The notes under the pieces were generated by a model. That model did no database searches, was not told where the DNA came from, and saw nothing but the letters and a program-made list of their open reading frames with translations. A DNA stretch of 64,000 bases from Asaia bogorensis (lineage in GTDB: Bacteria; Pseudomonadota; Alphaproteobacteria; CACIAM-22H2), in assembly GCA_945892765.1 (NCBI GenBank), contig CAMDDQ010000001.1, forward strand, positions 40,486 through 104,485, read 5' to 3'. Every line of letters starts with the position of its first letter. Within the stretch, counting starts at the first letter, position 1. This document shows, one piece after another, positions 39,708 through 49,613 of the stretch. The position numbers and the translations under genes are program-made.

Positions 39708-40696
39708 GCGCACCTCCTGACGATTTTATTCAGTCCTTCAAGGCGGCGCCGCTGACGTTGCGCGGCCGCCTGTTGCGGCTTGGCCCCTCGATCGACTCGA
39801 TCTTGCGCCAACACGGCTATCCTCAGCCGGTGGCGTCGGTGCTTGGGGAGGCGCTGACACTGGCCGCCCTGCTCGCGGCGACGCTGAAATACGACGGCGT
39901 CTTCACGCTGCAAACCAAGGGCGACGGAGCGGTCAGCTTACTGGTCGCCGACGTGACCAGCGAGGGCGCCTTGCGCGGTTATGCCCAATACGACGGCGAC
40001 CGCCTGGCGACTATCGCCGCCCCTGGGCAGCCCGGGCCATCGGCATCGGTGCCACGCCTGCTTGGCGCCGGTTACCTCGCCTTCACCGTCGACCAGGGAA
40101 CCCACACCGAACGTTATCAGGGTATCGTCGAATTGACCGGGGTGACGTTGGCCGACTGCGCGCATCACTATTTCAGGCAGTCCGAACAATTAGAGACGGG
40201 GATTCGGATCGCCGTCGGACAAGGCGTCGATGGCGCTTGGCGCACGGGCGGTCTGTTGGTGCAAAGGCTGCCGCCGGCCGGCGGCGAGGTCGCGGCGCTG
40301 TCGCCGAGACAGGACGAAGACGAGGCCGAGGATGGCTGGCGGCGCGCCTTGGTCATGGTCGGCAGCGCGGCCACGTCCGAATTGCTGGACCCGGGGCTTG
40401 CCGCGGAGATGCTGCTCTACCGCTTGTTCCATGAAAAAGGCGTGCGCGTTTGGCCGCCCAAGAGTCTTCGCCATTCCTGCCACTGCTCGCCACACCGGGT
40501 CGAGGCCATGCTGCGCCAATTGCAACCCACCGAACTCGCCGATCTGTTGGTCGACGGGAAGCTGATCATTACCTGCGAGTACTGCAATGCGCGCTACACC
40601 TATGACGACCATGCCCTACTTCGCCTTGACCCAAAGGCCACCGGCGCCCAATTTGTTCAACATCGAGACGTCGACAAGAGGCGGAACCCGCGATGA
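39689..40696 (+). CDS. hslO: redox-regulated chaperone Hsp33
   Basis: Hsp33 fold with the C-terminal zinc centre CHCSPHRV...CEYCNARY. Confidence 0.85.
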   Translation: MSERDLSAPPDDFIQSFKAAPLTLRGRLLRLGPSIDSILRQHGYPQPVASVLGEALTLAALLAATLKYDGVFTLQTKGDGAVSLLVADVTSEGALRGYAQYDGDRLATIAAPGQPGPSASVPRLLGAGYLAFTVDQGTHTERYQGIVELTGVTLADCAHHYFRQSEQLETGIRIAVGQGVDGAWRTGGLLVQRLPPAGGEVAALSPRQDEDEAEDGWRRALVMVGSAATSELLDPGLAAEMLLYRLFHEKGVRVWPPKSLRHSCHCSPHRVEAMLRQLQPTELADLLVDGKLIITCEYCNARYTYDDHALLRLDPKATGAQFVQHRDVDKRRNPR

Positions 40697-41313
40697 CACC
40701 AAAGGCCCGCTACCCAACCTCGGCGAGAGTGCTCGGCGCCCTCGCTTTGACGTTGTTATGGAGCTGCGCCCCGATACCGGCGCAGGCGCCGCTACCGCAA
40801 TTGACCTACGGACATCTCGGTGTCCTTCGTCTGGATGCCCGCACGGTCGAAATCGTCGCCGAATATTCTCCGCCGCTGACCTACCCCAATGTCGAACACC
40901 TATTCCCGGTATCGCCGGAAGCGGCGCTGCGGCGGTGGGCGGTCGATCGTTTGCAGCCGGCCGGGCGACAAGCGCTGGGCGACGGACGGCGCGTCATCGT
41001 CCTGGTCAAGGACGCCCGGGTCGTGGAAACCCGCCTGCCGCGGACCGAGGGCCTGCGCGGGGCGTTCACCGAGGACCAGTCCGAGCGTTACGACGCCGTG
41101 CTGGAGGTGGCCATCGAAATCCGGTCCGACCGCGCCAATTTCCGCGACGCCTTCGTGACGGCGCGCGCCGAACGCTCGCGGACGGTGACGGAGGGAATCT
41201 CCATCAGCGCGCGCGAAAGAGTGTGGTTTGAGATTACCGAGAGCCTGATGAACGATCTGAACCGCGAACTGGATCGCCAGATGCGGGAGAATTTCAGGCA
41301 GTTCTTGTTGTAG
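40693..41313 (+). CDS. hypothetical lipoprotein
   Basis: Lipobox LLWSC after a signal peptide. ATGA overlap with hslO. Confidence 0.5.
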   Translation: MTPKARYPTSARVLGALALTLLWSCAPIPAQAPLPQLTYGHLGVLRLDARTVEIVAEYSPPLTYPNVEHLFPVSPEAALRRWAVDRLQPAGRQALGDGRRVIVLVKDARVVETRLPRTEGLRGAFTEDQSERYDAVLEVAIEIRSDRANFRDAFVTARAERSRTVTEGISISARERVWFEITESLMNDLNRELDRQMRENFRQFLL

Positions 41314-41319
41314 CCGCCC

Positions 41320-41754
41320 CTAAGCCCGGCGGCCGCGGCGACGCTTGATCTCGATGCCGACCGCCGCAGCTTGCGCGTAGACGTCAAGTTTTGCCACCCG
41401 CACACGCGCCTCGATCGCCCGTTCATCGGCAAGACAGAGGGCGGCGATGCGCTCGGCCAGGGTCTCGATCAGATTGATGTGGCCGACGCCGACCAGCGCG
41501 CGAATCCCCTCCACGATCGATTCATAGGACAACACGGCCGACAGGGCGTCGGGAAAAGGCGATGGCTGTTGCCGGACCCCGAGATCGACATTGATGCTGA
41601 CGCGCTGGGGCGCGCGTTTTTCGTGCGCGTGGACGCCGATGTTCGCGATGAGAACGAGATCGCGAATGAAAATCGAGTACTGGCCGGTCTCGTCCTGCGT
41701 TTCCACTCTTGTTTCCCCTTTCGGCGCGCGAGCCCCGTCCCTCGGTCCTTCCAC
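41320..41754 (-). CDS. folB: dihydroneopterin aldolase FolB
   Basis: YSIFIRDLVLIANIGVHAHEKRAPQRVSINVDL. An internal GTG about 48 nt downstream may be the true start. Confidence 0.8.
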   Translation of the reverse strand: MEGPRDGARAPKGETRVETQDETGQYSIFIRDLVLIANIGVHAHEKRAPQRVSINVDLGVRQQPSPFPDALSAVLSYESIVEGIRALVGVGHINLIETLAERIAALCLADERAIEARVRVAKLDVYAQAAAVGIEIKRRRGRRA

Positions 41755-41801
41755 GTTATCGCGCCCTTCCTCGACCTTGGCAATTCATCGTAGGTTGCGG
41801 C

Positions 41802-42314
41802 ATGGAATGTGTGCTGATCGCGCTGGGCACCAATCTCGGCGACCGGCTTGCTAATCTCGGCGCGGCCCTGCGCGGTCTCGACGGGCCGCTTCGCGCCATC
41901 GTCGCCTCCCCGGTCTACGAGACCGCGCCGCGTTATGTCGAAGACCAGCCGCCTTTCCTCAACATGGCGGCGCGCGCGGAGACGACCCTCGCGCCGCTCG
42001 ACCTGCTGGCCGCGCTCAAGGACATCGAACGGACGCTGGGACGCAAAGATGGCGTGCGCAACGGCCCGCGCCTCATCGACCTCGACATAATTTTCTACGG
42101 CACGCGCGTTCTGCGCCTGCCGGGGCTGACCATCCCCCATCCCAGGCTGGCGGAGCGCAGCTTCGTGCTGCGCCCGCTCGCCGATATCGCGCCCACTTGG
42201 CGGCATCCGGAGACGAGCGCGACGATGACCGAAATGTTGGCGCCCATCGCCGACGATCCCGGCGTGAGGCTGGCGACGCGGCAACTTGAGCGGATTGCGG
42301 CGAGCCAGGGCTAA
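41802..42314 (+). CDS. folK: 2-amino-4-hydroxy-6-hydroxymethyldihydropteridine pyrophosphokinase FolK
   Basis: MECVLIALGTNLGDRL...RLIDLDIIFYG HPPK signature. Divergent from folB. Confidence 0.85.
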   Translation: MECVLIALGTNLGDRLANLGAALRGLDGPLRAIVASPVYETAPRYVEDQPPFLNMAARAETTLAPLDLLAALKDIERTLGRKDGVRNGPRLIDLDIIFYGTRVLRLPGLTIPHPRLAERSFVLRPLADIAPTWRHPETSATMTEMLAPIADDPGVRLATRQLERIAASQG

Positions 42315-42778
42315 CGCGGCGGCGCGCGTGACGGGCCGAGAACGACGCTGTGTTCGCCCGCAGCCGATCCCAGAAGGATACGGTCCTGGGCAATGGACTT
42401 CACAGTCCAGCCTTCGATGTCGCTGCCCTCGGGCACCCGCAGGACGCGGCCAGTATAGCCTTCCCGCAGCATCACAAAACGCCGGTCGCCGGACGTCACC
42501 GCGCCGGTCAGCCGATACCGTCCGATGGTGGCGCCGTCGGGCGCAACTTGACCAGCCTGGCTTGGCGCCGGCGCCGCTCGCCGCGCCGCAACGAAAAGCG
42601 GGCGGCGGAGCGATTCGGCGAGCTCTTCGAAAGGCGGCAGAACCGGCAGTGCGGCGCCTTCGGCCCCCTGACCCGGCTGGCGCCCCGAGGTCGGCGCGGA
42701 TTCGTCAATCGGCAGCACCCAGGGAAGGCCGCCGAGGATGATGAAGACGGCCATCGCCGCCGCCAGCCTTCCGCCCAC
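42311..42778 (-). CDS. hypothetical membrane-anchored protein
   Basis: N-terminal TM then a soluble domain with no confident family. It lies upstream of the prepilin peptidase on the same strand. Confidence 0.4.
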   Translation of the reverse strand: MGGRLAAAMAVFIILGGLPWVLPIDESAPTSGRQPGQGAEGAALPVLPPFEELAESLRRPLFVAARRAAPAPSQAGQVAPDGATIGRYRLTGAVTSGDRRFVMLREGYTGRVLRVPEGSDIEGWTVKSIAQDRILLGSAAGEHSVVLGPSRAPPR

Positions 42779-42846
42779 GCGCCCGCCCTGTTTCCTATCT
42801 GTTTCTTATCTATGGTGTGTTCTGGAAGAAAACGCCTAACCGGAGA

Positions 42847-43395
42847 CTATTGAATGGGCAGGGGACCGTAAAGCCACACCAGCCAGATGGCGAGGGCAAG
42901 AAACGGCCCAAAAGCGATCGAACGGTCGAGACCCGCCTCGCGATTGAACATCCGGCGCAGGCCGAAACCCGCAAGCCCGGCGAGCGCAGCAATCAAGACA
43001 ACACTCGGCAGACTTTGCCAACCAACCCAGGCCCCGGCCGCGGCCATCAGCTTGGCGTCGCCCAAGCCAAGCCCGTCGCGCCCGCGCCAGAGCCGGTAAA
43101 GAGCCGCCACTGAGGCAAAGGCGGCATAACCGGCGACGGCGCCCAGACCGCGGTCGGCAAGTGGACCGCCGTCAATTGCGGCCAGGGCGAGGCCGGCGGC
43201 GGTGAGTGGTAGCGTTAATGTGTCCGGCAGGATGCCGCGCCGGACATCGATCGCGGCCAGGGCCATCAAGGCCCAGGCCAGCCCGCAAGATGCCGCGAGA
43301 TCGAGCCCATCGCGCAGGCTCGCGGCCCATACCGCCAGCCCCGCTGTCCCTGCGACCGCGACGAGGATCGCCCAGACCGGAAACCGCGCCATCAC
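42847..43395 (-). CDS. A24-family prepilin peptidase (CpaA/TadV-like)
   Basis: Polytopic protein with two Asp-containing segments (GILPDTLTL, GLGDAKLMAAAG). Confidence 0.75.
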   Translation of the reverse strand: MMARFPVWAILVAVAGTAGLAVWAASLRDGLDLAASCGLAWALMALAAIDVRRGILPDTLTLPLTAAGLALAAIDGGPLADRGLGAVAGYAAFASVAALYRLWRGRDGLGLGDAKLMAAAGAWVGWQSLPSVVLIAALAGLAGFGLRRMFNREAGLDRSIAFGPFLALAIWLVWLYGPLPIQ

Positions 43396-43483
43396 GAAAT
43401 CGCAACACGTCGACGCTTGCCTGGCAGCCCGGCGCCGACTAATCTGATCCTAGAAAAAAGAAGCGTAGCAGGGGGGGGCGATC

Positions 43484-44827
43484 ATGACGATGTATGGCAA
43501 GTTTTCCGCTTGGGTAGCCGCCGTGGTTACGGCCTGGGCGTTGTTTGGGGCGGTGCCCGGCCTTACCGCCACGCTACCGCATTTCGCGGAGGATTCGCAT
43601 CTAGGTGTGACCTCTTGCGCCGGCAGCACTTGCCATGGCGCCGTCGAGCCCTGGAAGGATTCCACGGTTCTCCAAAACGAGTACATCACCTGGCAGCGCC
43701 AGGACAAACACGCCAAAGCCTATCAGGTTCTGCTCAACGAACGGTCGCAGCGCATCGCGAAGAATTTGGGCCTGCCCAACGCCCATACCGCAGAAATTTG
43801 CCTCGACTGCCATGCCGACAACCCCGCCGCGAACAAACGCGGGCGCCAGTTCCAGGTGAGCGACGGCGTCGGTTGCGAAGCCTGTCACGGCGGCGCCCAG
43901 CGCTGGCTCGGCATTCACATCGCCGGGTCCGGCAGCCACCAGGATAATGTCACCGCCGGCATGTATCCGACGGAAAACGCCGTCGATCGCGCCAAGCTCT
44001 GCGTGTCCTGCCATTTCGGCGACACGCGTAAGTTCGTCACCCATCGAATCATGGGCGCCGGCCATCCGCGCATGAGTTTCGAGCTCAATACCTTCACCGC
44101 GATCCAGCCCGCCCATTACCGTGTCGACCTCGACTACCCGAAGCGCAAACGCGTCTTCACCGGCATGCAGACCTGGGCCATCGGTCAGTCCATCGCCTTG
44201 TCCGAGACCCTGGACGCGTTGATGGATGCCAAGCGCGGTCGCGACGGCATTTTCCCCGAACTCGTGTTGTTCGATTGCCACAGCTGCCACCACCCGATGA
44301 GCAACCTGCGCTGGGAAGCGCGCGCCAGCACCGGCCTTGGGCCAGGCGTGGTGAAATTCAACGACGCCAACGTCATCATGCTGCGTATCATCGCCGACCG
44401 TGTTGATCCGGAACAGGGCAAGGCGGTTCGTGCGCTCGGTGTCGCCCTGCACACGGCTTCGACCCAGGGGCACGATGCTATGCTCAAGGTGGCAAAGGAC
44501 CTGCGCGAGGTCAGCGGCAAGCTGACCGACAAATTCGCCGCCCACGTCTTCGGCAAGGACGACATGACCGCCCTGCTGACCGGCGTGGTCAAGGAAGGAT
44601 TGAGCGGGGAATATATCGACTACTCCGCCGCCGAACAGGCGACCATGGCGCTCGGCTCGATCATCACCGCGATGCGCGCCGGCGGCATCATCGACGAAAA
44701 GCAGCAAACCTCGCTCAGCGCAGCCGTGGATAAATGCTACGCCGCGGTGGCCAAGGACGAGGAATATCAACCCAGGACCTTCATTGCCGCGCTTCAATTG
44801 GTCCAGGCCGCGATCCCGAGCTTCTGA
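43484..44827 (+). CDS. secreted pentahaem c-type cytochrome
   Basis: Signal peptide plus CAGSTCH, CLDCH, CEACH, CVSCH, CHSCH. Confidence 0.75.
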   Translation: MTMYGKFSAWVAAVVTAWALFGAVPGLTATLPHFAEDSHLGVTSCAGSTCHGAVEPWKDSTVLQNEYITWQRQDKHAKAYQVLLNERSQRIAKNLGLPNAHTAEICLDCHADNPAANKRGRQFQVSDGVGCEACHGGAQRWLGIHIAGSGSHQDNVTAGMYPTENAVDRAKLCVSCHFGDTRKFVTHRIMGAGHPRMSFELNTFTAIQPAHYRVDLDYPKRKRVFTGMQTWAIGQSIALSETLDALMDAKRGRDGIFPELVLFDCHSCHHPMSNLRWEARASTGLGPGVVKFNDANVIMLRIIADRVDPEQGKAVRALGVALHTASTQGHDAMLKVAKDLREVSGKLTDKFAAHVFGKDDMTALLTGVVKEGLSGEYIDYSAAEQATMALGSIITAMRAGGIIDEKQQTSLSAAVDKCYAAVAKDEEYQPRTFIAALQLVQAAIPSF

Positions 44828-46199
44828 TCCAACGCCGCGCGCCGCCGGCGGACAGGACCTGTCCGCCGGCGGCCGCGGATTGCCCCTCGCCGCAGCCCTC
44901 GGAAGCGTCGTCATCGGCGTAGCCCTTGCCGGCTGCGCGGTGGATTTGTTGGGTGAACTGCAATCCGGCTCCCGCCGAGTCTCCGAGACCATGGGACGGT
45001 TGCTGACGCCGGCGGCGGCGGACGTCGATATCAAGGCGATCACCGGTTATGGATTGGACGACTTCACGGTGACGTCGCCCGGCGTCATCGCCGTGGACGC
45101 CGGCCAACGCCGCGCCGAACTAGCCCGGCTCGACGTGGAACGCCGCAACTTGGTCTGCGCGGCAACCGGCGCGGCCGCGCCAAGCCGGACCGTCGCTGAG
45201 ATTCTTGGCGAACCTGGAGGCCCGCCCGACGACGATCCGACAACGCCGTTCGCGGTCTTCATGATGGCGAAGGGGGCCGCCTATTTCGCCGCACCCGACA
45301 GGACCGAGGCCGAGGCCGCGATCGCCACGCTCCGCCAATGGGCGCAAGCATCAGCAATGACGTCGATCCGCGACTATGGCGGCGATCGCAGCAACCTCAA
45401 CTCCGTCCACTTGCTGCTCCGCACTTTGACGCCGACACTCAGTGCCTGGTCAATCTTGCGGTTTTATCCGGGACTATCCGGTGCCGATCGCGAGGTCATC
45501 GATGGTTGGCTGATTTCGTTGGTCGCGCGCGCCGATGTGAACACCGGACCGCTGGACGACCGCGACGCCAACCCCGACCGCTATCTCTCGCAATACGATT
45601 CACATCGTTACCTGCGCGACCTCGTTGCGATGCAATGGGGCATATTGAGCGCCGACGATCGTCGCTTCCGCCGCGGGATCGAACGCTTCTTCGTCGCGTT
45701 GCGCCAGATGCGCAACGATGGCAGCCTGCCGCTGGAGATAGCGCGCGGCGGTCGCGCCTTGTCGTCGCAAAACGAAGCCATCGCCATCCTGGTTCATATC
45801 GCCGAACTCGCGGCGGTGCAGGGCTACGATCTCTATGGTTTTGACGTCGACGGCGCGTCGATTCATACCGCGATCCGTTTCCTGCTCGACGCGATCGACG
45901 ACCCCAGAATCGCGCTCAAATATTCGGGCGATGGCGGGTCATTAGGCCCGACATTGAGCGCCTCGCGCGGCTCGGTACAGAATCTTGCCTTTCTCTTTGC
46001 CCGCGGGCAGCGCCACGCCATGGCATGGATCGAGCCCTACGTCGCGCGTTTCCCGGAATCGGCCAATGCGGTGAGGCTCGCCGCGCTGCGCGGCGGGCGT
46101 GTCCTGCGCGAGCGGCCTCTGCTGTCCGAGCTGATCGGCGGCAACGCGACCTGTCTCTACGGCCGCAAATCCCAGTCCCTGGCCGAATTCAGGTTTTAA
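44784..46199 (+). CDS. alginate-lyase-fold (alpha/alpha-toroid) family protein, probable lipoprotein
   Basis: Lipobox ALAGCA. The C-terminal two-thirds resemble alginate lyase / heparinase-II-III-like domains. The start is uncertain; the first ATG overlaps the cytochrome gene by 44 nt. Confidence 0.45.
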   Translation: MPRFNWSRPRSRASDPTPRAAGGQDLSAGGRGLPLAAALGSVVIGVALAGCAVDLLGELQSGSRRVSETMGRLLTPAAADVDIKAITGYGLDDFTVTSPGVIAVDAGQRRAELARLDVERRNLVCAATGAAAPSRTVAEILGEPGGPPDDDPTTPFAVFMMAKGAAYFAAPDRTEAEAAIATLRQWAQASAMTSIRDYGGDRSNLNSVHLLLRTLTPTLSAWSILRFYPGLSGADREVIDGWLISLVARADVNTGPLDDRDANPDRYLSQYDSHRYLRDLVAMQWGILSADDRRFRRGIERFFVALRQMRNDGSLPLEIARGGRALSSQNEAIAILVHIAELAAVQGYDLYGFDVDGASIHTAIRFLLDAIDDPRIALKYSGDGGSLGPTLSASRGSVQNLAFLFARGQRHAMAWIEPYVARFPESANAVRLAALRGGRVLRERPLLSELIGGNATCLYGRKSQSLAEFRF

Positions 46200-46211
46200 G
46201 TTTCGGGTCGA

Positions 46212-46511
46212 TCACGTCGCGCAGGCCGTCGCCGAGTTGGCGCCGCAGAACCACGGCAACGACCCGGCGCGGCAGCGCTGCCGAAGGCCCGGCGCCTGGA
46301 TGGCGTAGAGCCGCAAGCGCCGGCCGTCGACATCCATTTCGCCGGCATCGATGACGCTGGCTTGACCGATGATCGGTTTGTCGTTTTCCTGGGCCAAGGC
46401 CGGCGCCGCCGGAAGCAGCAGTGCCATGGCCAACGCCGCGCCCGCTATGTGACCCAGATCACAGCGAGCACGGGTTGTCCTCGCTAACCTGACCCAAGTA
46501 TTGGTGGGCAA
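46212..46511 (-). CDS. thermonuclease (SNase)-like secreted protein, truncated
   Basis: Signal peptide, then RLRLYAIQAPG...C...CG resembling the SNase LYGIDAPE core, but only 99 aa before the stop. Confidence 0.3.
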   Translation of the reverse strand: MPTNTWVRLARTTRARCDLGHIAGAALAMALLLPAAPALAQENDKPIIGQASVIDAGEMDVDGRRLRLYAIQAPGLRQRCRAGSLPWFCGANSATACAT

Positions 46512-46608
46512 ATCATGGGCGATCCTATCCTGAAGGCTGTCATGGCCGGGCGGCGGCGTGCCATTGCGGCGTGGCGAGCGGCTCGACCTTCATCGTTGAG
46601 AATGGGCT

Positions 46609-47022
46609 ATGTTTCGGCTGGATGACCGCCTGACGGCGGACACCGCCCTCGTCGATCTCTGGGATTTGTGCGAAGTCCGATTGATGGACGATGCCAACTA
46701 CCCGTGGTTCGTCCTGGTCCCTCAGCGCACCGATCTGCGCGAGATTCATGACCTTGCCTCCGCCGACCGCCTGCAGTTGATGGACGAAATCGTGCGTGCG
46801 ACGCGTATTCTCGAACAGGCATGGCGACCCGACAAGATCAATGTCGCGGCGCTCGGCAATCAGGTGACTCAACTTCATGTCCACATCATCGCCCGCTATT
46901 TGACCGATGGCGCCTGGCCACGCCCGGTATGGGGCGTTCGGCCTGTTCTGAAATACACGAAACCTCAGCGTTTGGACGTGATATCACGCTTTCGTGAGAC
47001 TCGGGGGCTCACCGCCGCCTAG
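46609..47022 (+). CDS. HIT family hydrolase
   Basis: Histidine triad HVHIIAR. Confidence 0.8.
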   Translation: MFRLDDRLTADTALVDLWDLCEVRLMDDANYPWFVLVPQRTDLREIHDLASADRLQLMDEIVRATRILEQAWRPDKINVAALGNQVTQLHVHIIARYLTDGAWPRPVWGVRPVLKYTKPQRLDVISRFRETRGLTAA

Positions 47023-47384
47023 AGGCAAACGCGGCATGATCGAGACGGCGAAGGCTCTCGTATAACGTTCATGAAAAGCAGCCTCTTCGGGCTCGCTTGC
47101 CCTCGCCGCGGCCACGGACAAGCCATGAAGAACCTCATTTATTTGCCGCAAGCGCGGCCGCCGCGGTTTTCTCTGGCGGCGTCGCTGGGCTTTGCTACAG
47201 TTGAATCGCCGAGGGAGTGTCGGGTAATGGGGCGGTGGCGGACGCCATCCTCTCTGAACGGGGGACGTAATGCAGAGCCAGGTGCGGGCGACCGCAGCCT
47301 TGTTGCTGAAGAACACCCTATTGTCTGGTGCGATCGCGGCTGATTCCATGGCCGGCCTTCCCGCCCGCGCGTTCCGCAGACGCC

Positions 47385-48770
47385 ATGACGCCTGACGGTT
47401 TGGGAGGAGGCGGTCCGCCGCTCAAGATCGCGGTGGTGGGCGGCGGCGTGGCCGGGCTCGGCGCCGCTTGGCTTCTCGATCGCGGGCACGACGTCACCGT
47501 CTATGAGAAAAACGACTGGATCGGCGGCCACACCCATACCATCGAGGTGAGCCACCCCGGCGGCAAGACCCCCATACCGGTCGATGTGGGCTTTATTATC
47601 TTCAACGAGGCGAACTACCCGAATCTGAGCGCATTTTTCCAGCGACTCGGCATCCGATCGGAACCGAGCAACATGTCTTTTTCGGTAAGCGTTGGCGATG
47701 GCGCTCAGGAATACGGCACCGGATCGCTGAACGCTCTAGTTGGGCTTCGCAATCTTTTCCGCGCCGATCATTGGCGAATGTTGCGCGACCTGGTCCGTTT
47801 CTACCGGGAAGCGCCGCGCTTGCTCGACGAAGTCGGGAGCGATGGCCCCTCGCTCGGCGAATACCTGGCCGCCGAAGGTTATTCCGAGGCCTTCATCCTC
47901 GATCATTTGCTGCCGATGGGTGCGGCGTTGTGGTCGGCCCCGATGGCCACGTTCATGGATTTCCCGGCCAAAAGCCTCGTCCGCTTTTGCCACAACCACG
48001 GTCTGTTGCGGGTGTTCAGGCGCCCGCAATGGCGCACGGTGTCCAATGGCGGCCGCGAATATGTTCGAGCCGCGCTCGCCGATATGCGCGCCGATGTGCA
48101 AGCCGCGGCGCCCGTCGTCCAAGTCCGCCGCCTCGCCGATGGTGGCGGCGTTATGGTGCGCGATGGGCGCGGCGACGAACGCCAATTCGATCACGTCGTC
48201 ATGGCCTGCCACGCCGATGAGGCATTGGCGCTGCTCGCCGACCCGTCCGCGGACGAACGGCGGGTTCTCGGCGGTTTTTCCTATCAGAAGAACCGCGCCT
48301 ACCTGCATCGCGACACCCGCCTGATGCCGCGCCGGCCGGCGGTATGGTCGAGCTGGAACTACATCGCCGATGATCGCCGCGACCTGGAACGGCGCGTCTC
48401 CGTCACCTATTGGATGAATAGTCTTCAGAATCTCGACCCGGCCTGCCCATTGTTTGTCTCGCTCAACCCATTCCGCGAGCCCGATCCCGGGTTGGTCTTC
48501 GCGACGCTCGATTACAGCCACCCCATATTCGATGCCCACGCCATTGGCGCCCAGCGTGAACAGGACCGCGTTCAAGGCGTTCGCCGGACGTGGTTCTGTG
48601 GCAGCTATTGGGGTTACGGATTTCACGAAGACGCCTTTTCCTCCGGGATTGCGGTCGCCGAATCCCTGGGCGTAAAGCGGCCCTGGGCGGCCACCCCCGC
48701 GCCGATCGCGACGACGGGAAATCCGACATTCGCGGCCCCGGCGATCGCCGCGGCGGCGGACGGCGAATAG
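47385..48770 (+). CDS. NAD(P)/FAD-dependent oxidoreductase (amine-oxidase-like), first gene of the CFA-synthase cluster
   Basis: KIAVVGGGVAGLGAAWLL dinucleotide fold. Confidence 0.8.
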   Translation: MTPDGLGGGGPPLKIAVVGGGVAGLGAAWLLDRGHDVTVYEKNDWIGGHTHTIEVSHPGGKTPIPVDVGFIIFNEANYPNLSAFFQRLGIRSEPSNMSFSVSVGDGAQEYGTGSLNALVGLRNLFRADHWRMLRDLVRFYREAPRLLDEVGSDGPSLGEYLAAEGYSEAFILDHLLPMGAALWSAPMATFMDFPAKSLVRFCHNHGLLRVFRRPQWRTVSNGGREYVRAALADMRADVQAAAPVVQVRRLADGGGVMVRDGRGDERQFDHVVMACHADEALALLADPSADERRVLGGFSYQKNRAYLHRDTRLMPRRPAVWSSWNYIADDRRDLERRVSVTYWMNSLQNLDPACPLFVSLNPFREPDPGLVFATLDYSHPIFDAHAIGAQREQDRVQGVRRTWFCGSYWGYGFHEDAFSSGIAVAESLGVKRPWAATPAPIATTGNPTFAAPAIAAAADGE

Positions 48771-48776
48771 GACAAC

Positions 48777-49613
48777 ATGACCCAGGCAGCACCCGCGACG
48801 ATGCCGCAGGCCGCCGTTTATATCGGGCGAGTCATGCACAGCCGCATGCAGCCGATGCGCCACCGTTTTTCTTATCGCGTCTTTTCCCTTCTGCTGGACC
48901 TCGATGCGCTGCCGGCGTTGGCCGGGCGGCTCAAATTGTTCTCCTACAATCGCTTCAATCTGTTCGCCTTCTTCGACCGCGACCACGGCGCGCGCGACGG
49001 CGGGTTGCTGCGGCCGTGGGTCGAACGCCAACTCGCCGCGGCCGGGATCGATCTCGCGGAGGGCCGCATCTTCCTTCATTGCTTCCCTCGCCTGCTCGGC
49101 TACGTTTTCAACCCGATCAGCATCTATTTCTGCTATCACGCCGATGGTCGTTTGTTGGCGATCCTCTACGAAGTGAAAAACACCTTCGGCGAGCAGCACG
49201 GCTATCTGATCGGCGTCGACCCCGACCACGAGGCGGGCGCGCCGATTTTTCAGGGTTGCAGCAAGAATTTTTATGTTTCACCATTCCTTCCCATGGATTG
49301 CTCCTATCGTTTCCGCGTTCAAGCGCCAGGTTCTGAATTGTCGATCCTGATTCGACAGACCATGGCGGCCGGCGAAGTTCTGATCGCCGCTCACAACGCG
49401 CGGGCGGAGCCGATTTCAGACGGGACACTGCTCTGGGCGTGGCTGTCGCATCCGCTGATGACCCTGAAGGTCATGGCCGGAATTCATTGGGAAGCCCTGC
49501 GCCTGTGGCGCAAGGGCGCCAACTATTACACTCGGCCCGCGCCGCCGCCGATCGAGGTTACGATCGTGCCCGCGACGTCCGGCGCCGATTTTCGCTTTTC
49601 GGATGCCGCATGA
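48777..49613 (+). CDS. DUF1365 family protein
   Basis: Conserved partner of the oxidoreductase and CFA synthase in this cluster type. Confidence 0.75.
   Translation: MTQAAPATMPQAAVYIGRVMHSRMQPMRHRFSYRVFSLLLDLDALPALAGRLKLFSYNRFNLFAFFDRDHGARDGGLLRPWVERQLAAAGIDLAEGRIFLHCFPRLLGYVFNPISIYFCYHADGRLLAILYEVKNTFGEQHGYLIGVDPDHEAGAPIFQGCSKNFYVSPFLPMDCSYRFRVQAPGSELSILIRQTMAAGEVLIAAHNARAEPISDGTLLWAWLSHPLMTLKVMAGIHWEALRLWRKGANYYTRPAPPPIEVTIVPATSGADFRFSDAA

Noticed and set aside
47071-47343. 90-aa ORF between the HIT gene and the oxidoreductase gene.
   Set aside because: No homology. It is likely leader or promoter sequence.
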